Assembly: GCA_028023455.1 (NCBI GenBank)
Contig: JAQFVV010000004.1
Coordinates: 20,088,001 to 20,152,000, forward strand
Direction of reading: 5' to 3'
From: Epiperipatus broadwayi
Taxonomy: Eukaryota; Animalia; Onychophora
Length of the DNA: 64,000 bases
Part shown: positions 51,673 to 64,000 of the stretch, piece by piece
How positions within the stretch are numbered: position 1 is the first letter of the stretch
How the letters are laid out: the number at the start of each line of letters is the position of its first letter
Notes under the pieces: model-generated
Databases searched by the model: none
Seen by the model: only the letters and a program-made list of their open reading frames with translations
Told to the model about the DNA's origin: nothing
Program-made: the position numbers and the translations under genes

Positions 51673-52329
51673 GATTAAAATTATTAGAAAAAGTGTAAAA
51701 TTACTACATATCATCAAAACTTATATATGTGTATATGATATTGATATTCATACCATAAATATAAATGCTAAAGAATAGTTTCTTTTCATGCACATCTTTT
51801 AAGTAGTTATTTAGAAATAGAATTAAAATAATTGCAAAAAGAAAGAATTAAATATTATCTTAGATCTATTTGGAGACGTATTTAAAATTGAAGAAAATTA
51901 TAAAAAAAAAGTTCTAATTCCTAAAGTAAAATTTTAAATTTTATAATGTCAGAAATATGCAAAAATAAAATAATGTAATAATTTTTCATATAAAATTGTT
52001 TATATAAACAAATTTTATTAGTAGGAACATAAATTAAAATTGTCTTTAAATTAAATTTAAGAAATTCATATTAAAAAATGTTTGCCTGAAGGTTTGTGAT
52101 GATGTCGTTTTATTTTAATTATTTTCTGGAATATTTTCATCAACTAATGTTAAATATTGAATCTTTAGAAAAATTTTAAAACTTATTCATTTGTTAGTAA
52201 TGGACACAGGTTAGTATATAACACAAGTAGTTTATTCTTCACACTTCTTCAGAGTGTGGAATTGAATCAGGACCTATAAAGGTAAGAATCAGTAAAAATT
52301 TTGGATATTTAGCTACTTTTTAGAGCTAG

Positions 52330-52490
52330 ATTAATTAGTGTCTTCCAGACAATATGTATTATCACACTGGACTGACTTATGGGGTTATTTGCCATCGTCA
52401 TGTGAGCAGTTTCTTTGAGTTTTCTTCTTCTCTTTATCCAATATTTTTGTATTTTCCCAATTAAACATATGTTCACTGCTACATATATGG
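52330..52490 (-). mobile_element. Penelope-like element 3' remnant (end of GIY-YIG region)
   Basis: HICSSEHMFNWENTKILDKEK matches the HxFDWxNxKILDxE motif. Confidence 0.5.
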
Positions 52491-54879
52491 GATGTTAATT
52501 TAGTTATGACTTTTATTTTTTCTAATTGTCAGTTTTACTCTTTCATTCATTTTTCAATAGGGCATATGATCTCTAAAAACATTCAATATTTAATTTTAGA
52601 TGATGGAAATATTTAATCATATCCAAAAATATTTCAATGTATATGGTTTTTATAATATAAATTTAAATATAAAAGGCAATTTAAAAAGAGCTAATTGACA
52701 ATTTTACAAAAGCTAATCAGGAAATTATCAGATTAAAATCAGTGACAACAAACAAATAAGATTGATAACATATGCAATTGACTTATTACAAAAGTAATTA
52801 TTAGTCAAAGTATTCAGTTCATTCCTATTATTTAAGCAATTCAAATTATTTAAGTTGCCATTATCTTAGAGTTGCAAAATTAAAGAGATGAGAGAAGACT
52901 ATTAATGTCATAGCCTGAAGTTAAAATCACTCATAACTACTAATTATGAGATTGACTTGTATCATTATAGTTCTTCTGTATTTCTAGTTATACTATTCTT
53001 CAAATTTATGGATAAATCTAACAAAATAATTGGTGGGCATTCTCATTTTTGACTGTTTTCTCCAAGCCATGCAATCTTATAGTCAGTTTTAAAAACGAAC
53101 ATCCAGCAAACTTTAAATGTATAAAAAGTAATTATCATTGTCTATTAAATATTAATTTTAAAAACTAATTGGCTTGTCTAAAATATATTGCCTACCAAAA
53201 AATGTATACCAAAGAGGATATTAAGAAGCAAAATAAATGCTAAGGAATACAATAAAAAACATAGTAATTGATTTACAAAACCATCAACAGAATTAACATT
53301 ACAAGTATATATTAAATTTGAAAGTTCTGTAGAAGAGAACTTAGATTTTTAAAACCTAAAAATATATATTTTAAAAAGAGTTATTATTTCTATAAATTTA
53401 AAATTTTAAATATACTTTTTCTTGCAATTTTAATATTTATATTTTGTTTCTAAATTTAATATTTACCTTTTCTTTATAAATGTTTATTTGAAATACCCGC
53501 TGTCCTTTTCCATAAAAGTCAAGATATAACACACTCATATATTGAGAATGCAATTAAATATATATATATAAAAACAGATTTAGTTATTCTTCTTTTTTTG
53601 AATAATTCAAATAAATGTTTATGTAAATGATGTAATAATTTAATTTATGAAATCAAATTATAGCAGACCCATACCTCATCATTGCAATGTGATAAAGTAA
53701 AACTAATGGCAGATTTAGCTATTCTTCTCTTTCTAATAATTTGTGGGGTATAGCAATATATATGTGTAAATATTTTATTTAGTAATATACTAGTTGATAT
53801 ATTTAATTTGTTTTGTGTTAACCAGTATTTGTTATATTGTTAATTTGTATTTACTATATGTTTAACTTTTGTTCAGTTCAAATGCTATGTCAAATATGAA
53901 CATTGTACAGTTTATAATTTATTCCATACTGTGTTATATTTTCTTAAATATGGGTAAATGTCTTCTTATCATAATCAGATAATTATGTTCTAGACACTGT
54001 ATTAGACCAAACTTCGAATGTATGTGATAGATTGGTATGAAGAGTACCAAAATATGGTGGAACCAGTTTGTTTAAAAATTTGGTTGGTGTTCCTAAAATC
54101 ATTAAATACATATGAATAAATCTGTTACTAAGAAAATGTGGTGACCAACATTCTGAGGCATAACATCAATATGAAATTATGAATATTTTTATATTAATTA
54201 CACCATTATCAATTATTACACACTTAAAGTCTGACTTCTATTTCTAGTAAGCAACATTTACAGTTAAAAATTTTTTTTTAAAGAAATCAAAATCTTTATA
54301 AAATTATGAAATGTTAATTAATATTCCAATGTAAATGATCATTTTTTCATAATTTAACCATACATGCTACTGGAGAGGGCAGTCATGCCATAAGTTTTCT
54401 ATAGCTATTGTTTATTTATTTGTACATTGAAAATTATAGAATTAATTCTGGTGTTTTACGATCTATAATTATGTTTAATATTATCTATGTTTGTGTGTTC
54501 ATTTAGCAGGGGAATCTCAGCTCTCTCTTATAGTGCATATTTTTAATATTGATAAATGTTATGAAAACAAAAAAAAACAGTCCACTGTCTCAAATTACAC
54601 ATATATATTTCAAATTGAACATATCTTCATCAGGTATGCTGGAAACATGAATTACAATCACAGTTTATTATATTAATAAATGTTTTGTAATCTATTCTTT
54701 CTGAAATGTTCATATAATATAAGAAACTGATTTGTTTTTTTTGTTTTGTTTTTTACACGAAATAACATTTATCAATATTTAAAATGCACAGTGTAAAAAA
54801 ATGTTGCATGTTGCTATGTATAATTTTTGTTCATATGATTTGGTTGATTATATATCTAGTGTGGATTGAATTGGATTTC

Positions 54880-57800
54880 AGAGTAAGGGTTCCATGCCAC
54901 CCAGTGTGTCCCCAAGCTGTGGATAAGAAAATGGTCTTTAGATATGGAGGTTAGCAGCAAATACGCAGTGGCTGACAATGAGATAACATTCACTATCAAG
55001 AAGTGATGAAGGAGATGATAATGTATTTACTCCTATAATATGCTACAATTTCTATAATGGTGGATTTATAATTTGTAAGTGTTGATCACCATTAAATAAG
55101 TCAATACCCCACCAGATGCTAGATCAACAACAGCATTCTTCCAAGTTAGTAGAAGATCACTATAGGTGACAATGATGAGGTGTAAATGGTAGATGAATGT
55201 TCATTTTATGATATTCAGCTAGGGCAAAGCTTGTTATGGAGATTATTACTGAGAAAAGAAGGCAACTGAAAAACATTTTGACTTATAATTCCCTTGTTTT
55301 ATTATTTGTATGTCCACAGGAATTATTACATTTGATATTAAAGATGGTTTTGGTGTCTTTCCTGGCAGGAATAGATATGAGACTACTCAGGTTGTAAACT
55401 TACAAAATCCTCATAAAGTTTATTTGTTGAGAGAAAACAAGTTGAGAATTGGCACATAGAATGTTAGATTATTGAGAAGATCTGGGAAATTGGAAAATTT
55501 GAAAAGAGAAAGGAGTATAAATAATATTGATGTTATAGGATTAAGCAAAGTAAGATGGAAGGAATGTGTGAACATAAGTAATAAAGATGTTAAGTTATTT
55601 ATTTGGCGGTGATCAACTAATTAATGGAATTGGAATTGCTGTTGGAAAGAAAATTTGGAATACTGTGGCAAAGGTGAATTGTATTGACAATAAGCTGATG
55701 ATGATGAAAATAACTGCATCCTAAGGATTTGGTAATTGTACAAGTTTATATGCTGACTACTAGTCATGATGATATTGAAATTGGATTAAAAAATGATAGA
55801 GAAAATTATCCAATATGAGGGGATAAATGCATGTATATATGCTATTGAGTGATTGGAATGCTGTTGTGGGTAAAGGTTCGGAAAGAATTTTTTTAAAAAA
55901 TTATAGTATCAAAAAAAGAAATGAAAGAAGTCACTGGCTTATACAATTTTGTAAGGAGAATGCATTTATGATTGCAACAACTTGATTAAAAATCATATAA
56001 AATTATATACATGGGAAGCTCCAGGTGATAGAGAAGATTATCAAATTGATTATATACTGATTCAGAATATATACAAAAATGCTATTAATGCTTTACATAC
56101 TTTGCCTGGTGCTAATATAAAATCAGATTATCATTTGGTTATGACTAAATTAAAGTTGAGTTTAAAAAGAATAAAAAGAGAGGAAAGATATGTAAGATGA
56201 GACTTAGATAAATTGAGAGAAATGGAAAAAGAAAAATTTGATTTAATATGTGAAAATGCATTAAAAAGGATAGACAAAGATGAGGAATATATTAATAGTT
56301 CTGATAAGTGTTAGGGTAGAATTAAAGAAGAATTATTAAAAACAGCAAAAAATGAAATAGGCACTATTTGGTTAAAGAAAGCTAAATGACCTTAAATAAT
56401 GGAAGGCATACTGGAAAAGATAGAAGTATAGAAAAGATGGGGAAATGTCAATATTGAGGAAAGGCAAAGTGTATATAACAAAATTAATAATGAGCTAAGA
56501 AGAGAAACAGATTTAGCAAAAGAAAAATGGTTGGAACAGCATATAGAGAGATAGAAATTCTTCAACAGATGAAAAGATACAATCTGGTATTTGATAGAAT
56601 TAGAAATGTCACTTGGGAAAAAAATACATGTTTAATAAGTAAAATTGCAAATAAAAATTCAAAGAAATTAACTGATATCAATGATATATTAAAAGGATGG
56701 AAAGAATATCTTTAGTGTTTATTTACAAGAGAAAATAATTCAATTAATTATGAACTTCAAAATTAAGTAGATGACAAAAATATGGACATATTTCCAGATG
56801 AAGTAATAAAGTCAATTATACAAATAAAGAATAGTAAGGCTGGAAGATTTGATGCAATACCTATGGAATTTTTGAAAGAAATAAAAGAATTTACTATGAA
56901 GAAAATAGTTGGACTTTGCAATTTGATATATAATAATGGAGTTCGGCCTGAAGATTTTTTAAGGACTATAATGATTTCAATTGCTAAAATAGAAAAAACC
57001 TGTTAAGTGTGAAGTGTATAGGACAATAAGTTTGTTATCTCATATTTCTAAAGTTTTATTGCGGATTTTAATTCAAAGAATTTATGGAAAGATATAACAT
57101 TATATTGGAGAAAAATAATTAGGGGTTCAGAGAGGGAAAAGTAGAAGAGATGTTACTGGTGTTGTTAGAAAAACTGCAGAGAGATCTATTGAAAAAGATT
57201 AAGAATTGGTATATGTTTTGTGAATTTGGAAAAAGCATTGGATTGAATAATCTGGATTAAACTTATGATCATCTTAAAAAATAAAGAAGCATTCTGGAAA
57301 GAGAGAAGATTGATTTGGAATATGCATAATGTGCAAAGAATAAGAATTAGACTGGAGAATACTGAGACTGATGAAGTGATATAGAAAGTGGAGCTAGACT
57401 ATGGATGCAGTATGTCACATGTTCTTTTTAATATTTATTTAGAAGACATGTTAAATAATTTTTTAGACTGTGGAGGAGCAAATGTTGAAGGTAAAATAAT
57501 AAAATATATAAGATTCACAGATGACATGGCTCTTATAGCTGAGGATGAAAAATGTCTTTAGAATATGTTGTATAAATTGGAAAAGGGATGTGTGAATATG
57601 AAATGAATATTAATGTTGAGAAGACTAAATGTTTATGGATAGAAGGAAATGCAAAAAGTTTGTGAATTGAAATCCTTGATAACATAGTTCAATGGGTAAA
57701 GGAATTTAGATATTTGAGTAATTTGTTAAGTTACTTGAGTGTGGAAGAAATGAAGATAAAAGAATAACAATGGCAAAGGAGGCATTTATTATGAGAAAGA

Positions 57801-58253
57801 AAATATTTTGTGGACCTTTGAAGAGAGAATTAAGAAAAAGATTAATAAATGCTATGTGTGGAATGCACTATTGTATAGTTGTGAAATATGAACAATGAGT
57901 AATAAAATTAGGATCATATTGAAAGCATTTGAGATGTAGACTTGGAGAAGAATGGGAAAAATTAGTTGGCTGAATAAAATAAATGAAGAAGTTTTGGAAA
58001 GAGTCAATGAAAAAAAAAGATTGATTGAGGAAATTAGAAAGAGGAAAGTATAATTTGAATAATGTTTTGGAAGGAATGATAAATGGAAGCCAGAAGAAAA
58101 GATGGAAAAGATTGACATTGTTGAATGATATAAGATGGGAAGAATTACATGAATTGAAGAGCTGGGCAATGGAGTGGGGAAATGTATGAATTGATGATGT
58201 GATTACTCTCTGGACCTGTCCTTGGGACAGAATAGTATTGATGATGATAATGA
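54880..58253 (+). mobile_element. Heavily degraded RTE-clade LINE (a family distinct from the 17.7-21.0 kb copy)
   Basis: Broken-frame motifs LRIGTxNVRLL (~55440), YTWEAPG..YQIDYILI..SDYHLV (55982-56200), DAIPMEFLK, IRFTDDMALIAE (~57510). 3' end gacctgtccttgggacagaa followed by a (tga)n tail. Confidence 0.85.
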
Positions 58254-58324
58254 TATGCATTGTGTGCATAGCTAAAATGTAATATATATTGAAAAATCAA
58301 TTTATATATTGTAACTGTGTTTTT

Positions 58325-59330
58325 TATCACAGGTAGACTGAAAATGTTTTTTTTTTTAAATATTTATATGACAGATGGAAAAGATGGATTTGAACCTGGA
58401 TATCATAATATCACAGATACATAATAATCTACATTCAAAATGTGTAGGTAAACTTTGGTTCAAATAAATAATATGTTGAATGGTTAATAAAATTTAAATA
58501 AAAATTTTAATTCAAAATATAATAATATTAACCACTGTGATGTTGATGATTCATAATTTAAAAAATCTTCCAAAAATACTTTATTTGTCTTTCAGTTTCA
58601 ATAAAAAAGAAAATCAAAGGTACCAAACTTTCTAAAAAGAAAGTTTATTTTTGGAAAAGTTTTTAAAGGAACGATCTTATCAATTATTATTGCCATCCCA
58701 GTGTGTCTCCAATAGATTTATAGATTTCTCAGAGCTCTGGATATTAGTTAGCATATGGCTATGAAAAGCATATATTTGGATTGAGTTACAAACACAAACT
58801 AAATGGATTAATAAAAAAAAAAACTAACAATTTATTAATAATGAATAAATAAAACAGTTGCATATATAATCGCAACTATCCATACATGCATAAAAATATT
58901 ATAGTAACAAAAAATATTTTAAGTTTAAGATATGGTTCAAGTTTAAGGACTTATAGTATTTATAATGATAAGATCTTACCATGTATAGGAAAACAATCGC
59001 TAACCACAGTTTTTCAGTTGCTGTTCTTTTAATATTTTACCTTTTTCTTCCTTAGGTTTTCCAATGATAATCTTCTCCTTGAATCCTGGTAATGTTAGAG
59101 AGAATAAATACAAAGCACTGGTCATGTTACATGAAGTATACTATCTATAGATCTTGAATTATTTATATGGAACTCTCCATTTCTTCCTTTCTTCATTTAT
59201 GGGAGATTTACATTATCTGATTTTTCAAACCTCAGCGGTGAATCCGAATGCATTTTCTAGGCATTTTGACTGGTGTAGTTTTTGTTATCTAGCCACACAT
59301 GTTAGACGGATTTCTTCTAAATAAATTTAT
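58325..59330. repeat. About 1-kb dispersed repeat, copy A
   Basis: Colinear with 62595-64000 (e.g. aagatgg.tttgaacctggatatcata.tatcacagat; ttttaaaggaacgatc; ccacacatgttag). Confidence 0.85.
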
Positions 59331-60538
59331 CATACAGACTGTTATAACTAGAGTATTGAAAAATACTTTAAAAACAATCAATGAAATACAGCTTACAGTA
59401 AAATAAGAATTTTAATCAACTGTTATTTCTCTCTTCAGCATGGATCATGACAACATGGCTTCAATAGTAGATTGCAATCTAATTCAAAGCAATATGAAAT
59501 AAACTGCTGGACTCCTAGAATTAGAATAAAAATAATAAGAATGCCTAGTTGCTTGTTTCAGACCTATTTATATCTTTTTGATGTTGTTCAAACAACATGT
59601 TTTTATATAACATATAATGTCACCAGCTAGAAGAAATATGGCTTTTTACATCATTATAACAATATATTTTTTGAAAAACACATATTTACTCTCTTCAAAA
59701 CATGTTGTAAATGATAAATTTTAGTACAGTACATTCTTATTTTTATACATAATTATATGAAAGAAAAGTTTATATTTTTTCTCTTTCCTTATTTACATTT
59801 CTAACATAAGAAGAAGAAAAATTCACTATCAATTTTTACATTTTTAATTAATAATTTCTAAAATATTATTAATTCTAAAATTAGAATATTAAATTCAAAT
59901 TTCCCATAGAAATGGAAAAGTTATTTAATTGCAACTTCAATTTGAAAGGCAGATTAAATAAAGTTTGAATTTAGATTTTTTTTTCTAATCTACAGGTATC
60001 AAGCACTTTTCTTTCTTCCTTTACAGTATTATTATCATTCCCTTGTTTCTCATATATTACAAAATAATAATATTTAATAATGTGCATAAATTAATTTTTC
60101 TTTTAACCTTTAGAGTTTACACTTTTATTTCTTAAGTGACATGCATGTACACATAAATGGCAGTTTTGTATATCTATTAGTTCAAAACATTTTTTTTCTG
60201 CATTGTAGCATAATCATTGTTATAGCTATAAATCCCCTTCCTTTAAGAAGAAACAATGGGGCAGTGAAACTTTTCATTTGTATTCTTTTTACAAAACTTC
60301 TTTAATTTTTTTTTTTTTTATTTCTTTCAGTTTCATAAATAGTATTTTAAAAAATACATTTATCCATAATGTGCAGAGATTTTCTTGATACTAACTCCTG
60401 TAAAGTCCTGCATAGGATTTCAACTCTACGATCTACAAAAATTCCATCATAGAACAATAAAATGTAAGCTAACACATGAACACAAAAATAATTATCTCAG
60501 TTGAACTTTTGATAATCGCCACACATCAAAATTGTCAA

Positions 60539-60619
60539 GCATTGGTGGTCGAGAGGTCAGCGATGGCTGCTTTACAAGCAGTTGTCTCGGGTTTGCGGGT
60601 TCGTTTCCTGGCTGATGCT
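60539..60619 (+). pseudogene. Degenerate tRNA-Gly-derived copy
   Basis: GCATTGGTGGTC...GGCTGCTTTACAAGCAGTTG...GGGTTCGTTTCCTGGCTGATGC, with an 8-9 nt insertion, an altered anticodon and an A-rich tail. Same upstream 8-mer attgtcaa as the 39707 copy. Confidence 0.65.
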
Positions 60620-60899
60620 ATGACACATGAGAAAAAAATAAAATAAAATATAAGCCTTGCTTTTTTTTGAGTCTTAGAGACTGAAGAATATAACCCTTGA
60701 AAGAAAATTCTTGCTCCCTTTTAAGTCTTAGGGGCTGATAAATACTATTTGAAAATTAAATCTTGCTCTCTTTTGAGTGTTAGAAGCTAATAAATTTCAC
60801 AAACCCTCAAACTGCATCTTATTACCTCTAAGCCATATAGGTGAATGAGTAAACTACTTGTAAAAGAAAAAAAATTGTTGTGGCAGCACCTGAGACAAT

Positions 60900-62090
60900 A
60901 CCCAATTCACCACATCACATGACAACATCTTACATACATGACCAAATCCCAATACATCACCAGAAAGAGAATATGTTTAAACAAACCATAAAAGCATTTT
61001 TTTCATTCTCTGCATAAATCAATTTCTCTTCTTGATAGGTTTATAATTATTTCCTACATCTATAATTGTATAATTTAATTTTATTCCCCTTTTTCAGTAT
61101 CAATTATAGTCACTCTTGCTTCCTAGAAATCTGGTAATTTCTTTTTTTTTTTGACAATTTTAAGGTCACTTTTGGGATTGTCATATATTTGATTGTTTAA
61201 TTCATTATAGAATTTTATTTCTCTTTAAAATATTTTCCTTTTAACAGATCCACATTTGACAGAAAATAAGCCATCCTTTTTTCTTTTAAAATTAAGTTTT
61301 ACCTCTCTCCAAGTACTTGGAGATATCCTTTGAGGGATGACCTAAAAAATATAATATTCTCTTCATTCTGGAGTGGATCTTTTATTCACTTTTTTCTCTA
61401 TTGTAATATTTAGGCAGCAGAATTTATCTTGTTGCTTAAAAATAAAAACCTCAAATGATTTCTTAATCAGTGAACTCTGGCATTCATCTACATCAGTACT
61501 TATTTTCATGAATTCCTGAATTAGGACTTTCTCTTCATTAGTACTATTAAAAAAAGTCTATTTCTTTCAAAGAATCTGTATTACATTCTTTGACTATATT
61601 CAAACTCAATACTTCTTTGGTGTCTTCCATTACCACACTAGGTTCTATTATAGATGTTTTATTTTCTCTTAACTTTTTCAACATCTGCTATATTGCTGAT
61701 AACTTCTCTAGGTTCATCTACAAAATTTACATAACTTTGTATAATTTCAGACTGATTGATATCATCTGTACCTTCTTCAGTTTTTTTCTACTGAGTGTCC
61801 CTTCAAAGTTTTCATCCATTTTCTTAAGCCATTCTTCGTGTCTTTGCAGCATTTTTTCCAGAAATTTTTGTTAACTTTCTTCTATCTTATTTATAAATGC
61901 ATATAGCATTTCAAACAAAACTGTGCCTGACTTTTCATCTAAAGGTTTTTCTACTGTCAGAATAGCTTCTTGCACAATTGGCTCTGACTCTACTAGCCAT
62001 ATTAATTATTGTGTTGCTGAAGGATCCATGTTTAGTTTTGCTTCCATCCTTTTTGCTTTTGAACGTGTTATCATTTATATATATAAAACT
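60900..62090 (-). mobile_element. Possible decayed gag-like remnant
   Basis: Broken frame starting MITRSKAKRMEAK and a possible eroded zinc knuckle (..GFGHV.K..) near 60940; weak. Confidence 0.25.
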
Positions 62091-62594
62091 AAATGTTCTA
62101 TCATTTTCTTCTTTTTTTGGTGACTATCCTTCTTGCAAATTCACAAACTTGAATATTTTTAATTTATATATTATCATTCAGTAAACACACACCTGTATCA
62201 ACCCTTCATATACAATCTTCTCCAGAAAAATGTGATATATCTTTGCCTTGCTGTTTATTTATATTATTAATTATATATATTGATGTTTATTAAATATTAA
62301 CTTGTCTACATAGAAACAACCTGCTGCTTTCATAAAATATTAGTACTTGTTTTTTTCAATCCAAACCATGCATTTTACTTACTTATAATATACCACAATA
62401 TGCTACATTTATTGATGCTTTAATATCCGGTACATTACGTGACTATACATAAGTAAAGTTAAACATCAGAAAGAGGATCTACAAGCCACAAATTTGAATG
62501 CACAAATATGAATTGTACAAGACTGAAATTTAACAGAATAAAGGGATGTTTATGCTCCAAAATGTTGGTTTTGTCAATTATGTAATAGTATTTT

Positions 62595-64000
62595 TGCCAT
62601 AGGTAGATGGTAAATGTTTTTTTATATATTTATATGAAAAGTGAAAGATGGGTTTAAACCTGGATATCATATTATCACAGATATATAATAATCTATATTC
62701 AAGATGTATACCATAAAGTTTTGGCTCAAATAAATAATAACTGAATGGTTAATAAAATTCAAATAAAAATTTTAATTAAAGTATATAATAATATTAACCA
62801 ATGTGATGATAATGACATAATTTAAAATACAAATACTGCCTAAAGTTTTTTTTTTTTGTTTTTCAGTTTCAATAAGAAAAAACTCAAAGGCTCCAAACTT
62901 TTTAATAAGAAAGTTTAGGAAAAGTTTTTAAAGGAACGATCATCATCAATTAATACTGCCATCCCAGCATGACCCCCAGTGGATTGCATAATTTTTTAGA
63001 GTTAATATTAACTACATATGTATGTAAAAAGCACATATTTAGATTGGGTTAAAAACACAAACATAGATTAATAAAAATTAAAAAAATTAACACAATTTCT
63101 TAAGAACTAGCCATACCCAGCCACATGTTGCTGGTTAAATGGAAAAGAAAGAAAAGAAAAAGTGCACGTTTCTAATATGTTTAATTTCACAATGCTTGTG
63201 GCTATATAATATTTTTTGTTGTTCCATTGTCTATGCAGATATAGAGATTGTCTGGTTTGCCAACTCTAGAACATGCAACATATAATTGTCCATATGAGAA
63301 GCAATCCATATGCAAATGCCAATCAAATTGGGAATTGCAATCTCTCACATGAAATAATTAAATCAAAATGAAAATAAATCAAAATCTATGAAAATTCAAT
63401 TTAATAATGCAATCAGAAACATTGAAATGGAATTGTAAAATATTTAGTATAGCGTGTGTTGCTTTTACATCCAATAGATAGCACTGTTTTTCAAAAAAAA
63501 AGCATGTTTTTACTGGAAACAGGTATATAATAGGAGGTATATATAAATAGTAGGTATATAAAAACACATGCATATTTGAAAGCAACATTGTGCCAAAATT
63601 TCAAAGCAATCGGTGGAGAACTTTTGGAGATTTAAGATTTTGAACAAACATTTACATTTTTATTTTTATATATTAATAAATGAAATGGTTGCATATATAG
63701 TCGCATTACTATCCACACATATACATAAAAATATTATAATAACAAAAAATATTTAAATTTAAGCTATGGTTCAAGTTTAAGGTCTTATTGTGTTTTATAA
63801 TGATAAGATTTTACCATGTTAAAATGTTATACGAGGTATACTATCTATAGGTCTTGAGTCATTTATACCTACCCATTTTTTTCTTTCTTTTTTATGAGCC
63901 GGTTTTTCAAACTTCAGTTCTGCTCCACTGCATTTTTCAGGCCTTTTGACTGCTGTGTTTTTTGGTTCTCTAACCACACATGTTAGGTGGATTTCTTCTA
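62595..64000. repeat. About 1-kb dispersed repeat, copy B (contains the Helitron)
   Basis: Same as copy A, with a ~570-bp Helitron insertion. Confidence 0.85.
63107..63673 (-). mobile_element. Non-autonomous Helitron
   Basis: Minus strand encodes CFSYGQLYVACSRVGKPDNLYICIDNGTTKNII, the PIF1-helicase C-terminus of RepHel. 3' GC-rich hairpin then CTAG|T; 5' end tatataaaaat..aatgtttgt. Interrupts the host repeat relative to its sister copy. Confidence 0.85.

Noticed and set aside
9387-63588. Numerous 60-90 aa Phe/Ile/Leu/Lys-rich ORFs in the track
   Set aside because: Expected by chance in ~25% GC DNA or derived from the reverse strand of decayed LINEs.
1-64000. CRISPR arrays, operons, rRNA or phage genes
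   Set aside because: No regularly spaced repeat-spacer arrays, rRNA-like sequence or prokaryotic gene density; the sequence is spliced eukaryotic DNA.

Overview
Very AT-rich, repeat-dense eukaryotic (invertebrate, arthropod-like) DNA; no prokaryotic features. The only host protein-coding sequence I can support is three spliced minus-strand exons (38270-38038, 37635-37497, 36348-36111). They encode the end of a Venus-flytrap (GABA-B/ANF-receptor-like) ectodomain, a transmembrane helix and the start of an insulin-receptor-like tyrosine kinase, i.e. a Venus Kinase Receptor (VKR). I found no other VKR exons in the window, so the rest is probably very large introns. These are filled with: a full-length RTE LINE with a 10-bp TSD and a single frameshift (17711-21006); several decayed RTE and L1/Tx1-like LINEs; a non-autonomous LTR element with ~1.6-kb LTRs, a tRNA-Lys-type PBS and a PPT (27941-32510) plus an abutting probable solo LTR; hAT and palindromic MITEs; Helitron, mariner and Penelope remnants; two tRNA-Gly(TCC)-derived copies; and two long inverted repeats (12.7-13.5 kb, 40.3-41.2 kb). 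All family assignments are by eye from motifs, with no database searches.
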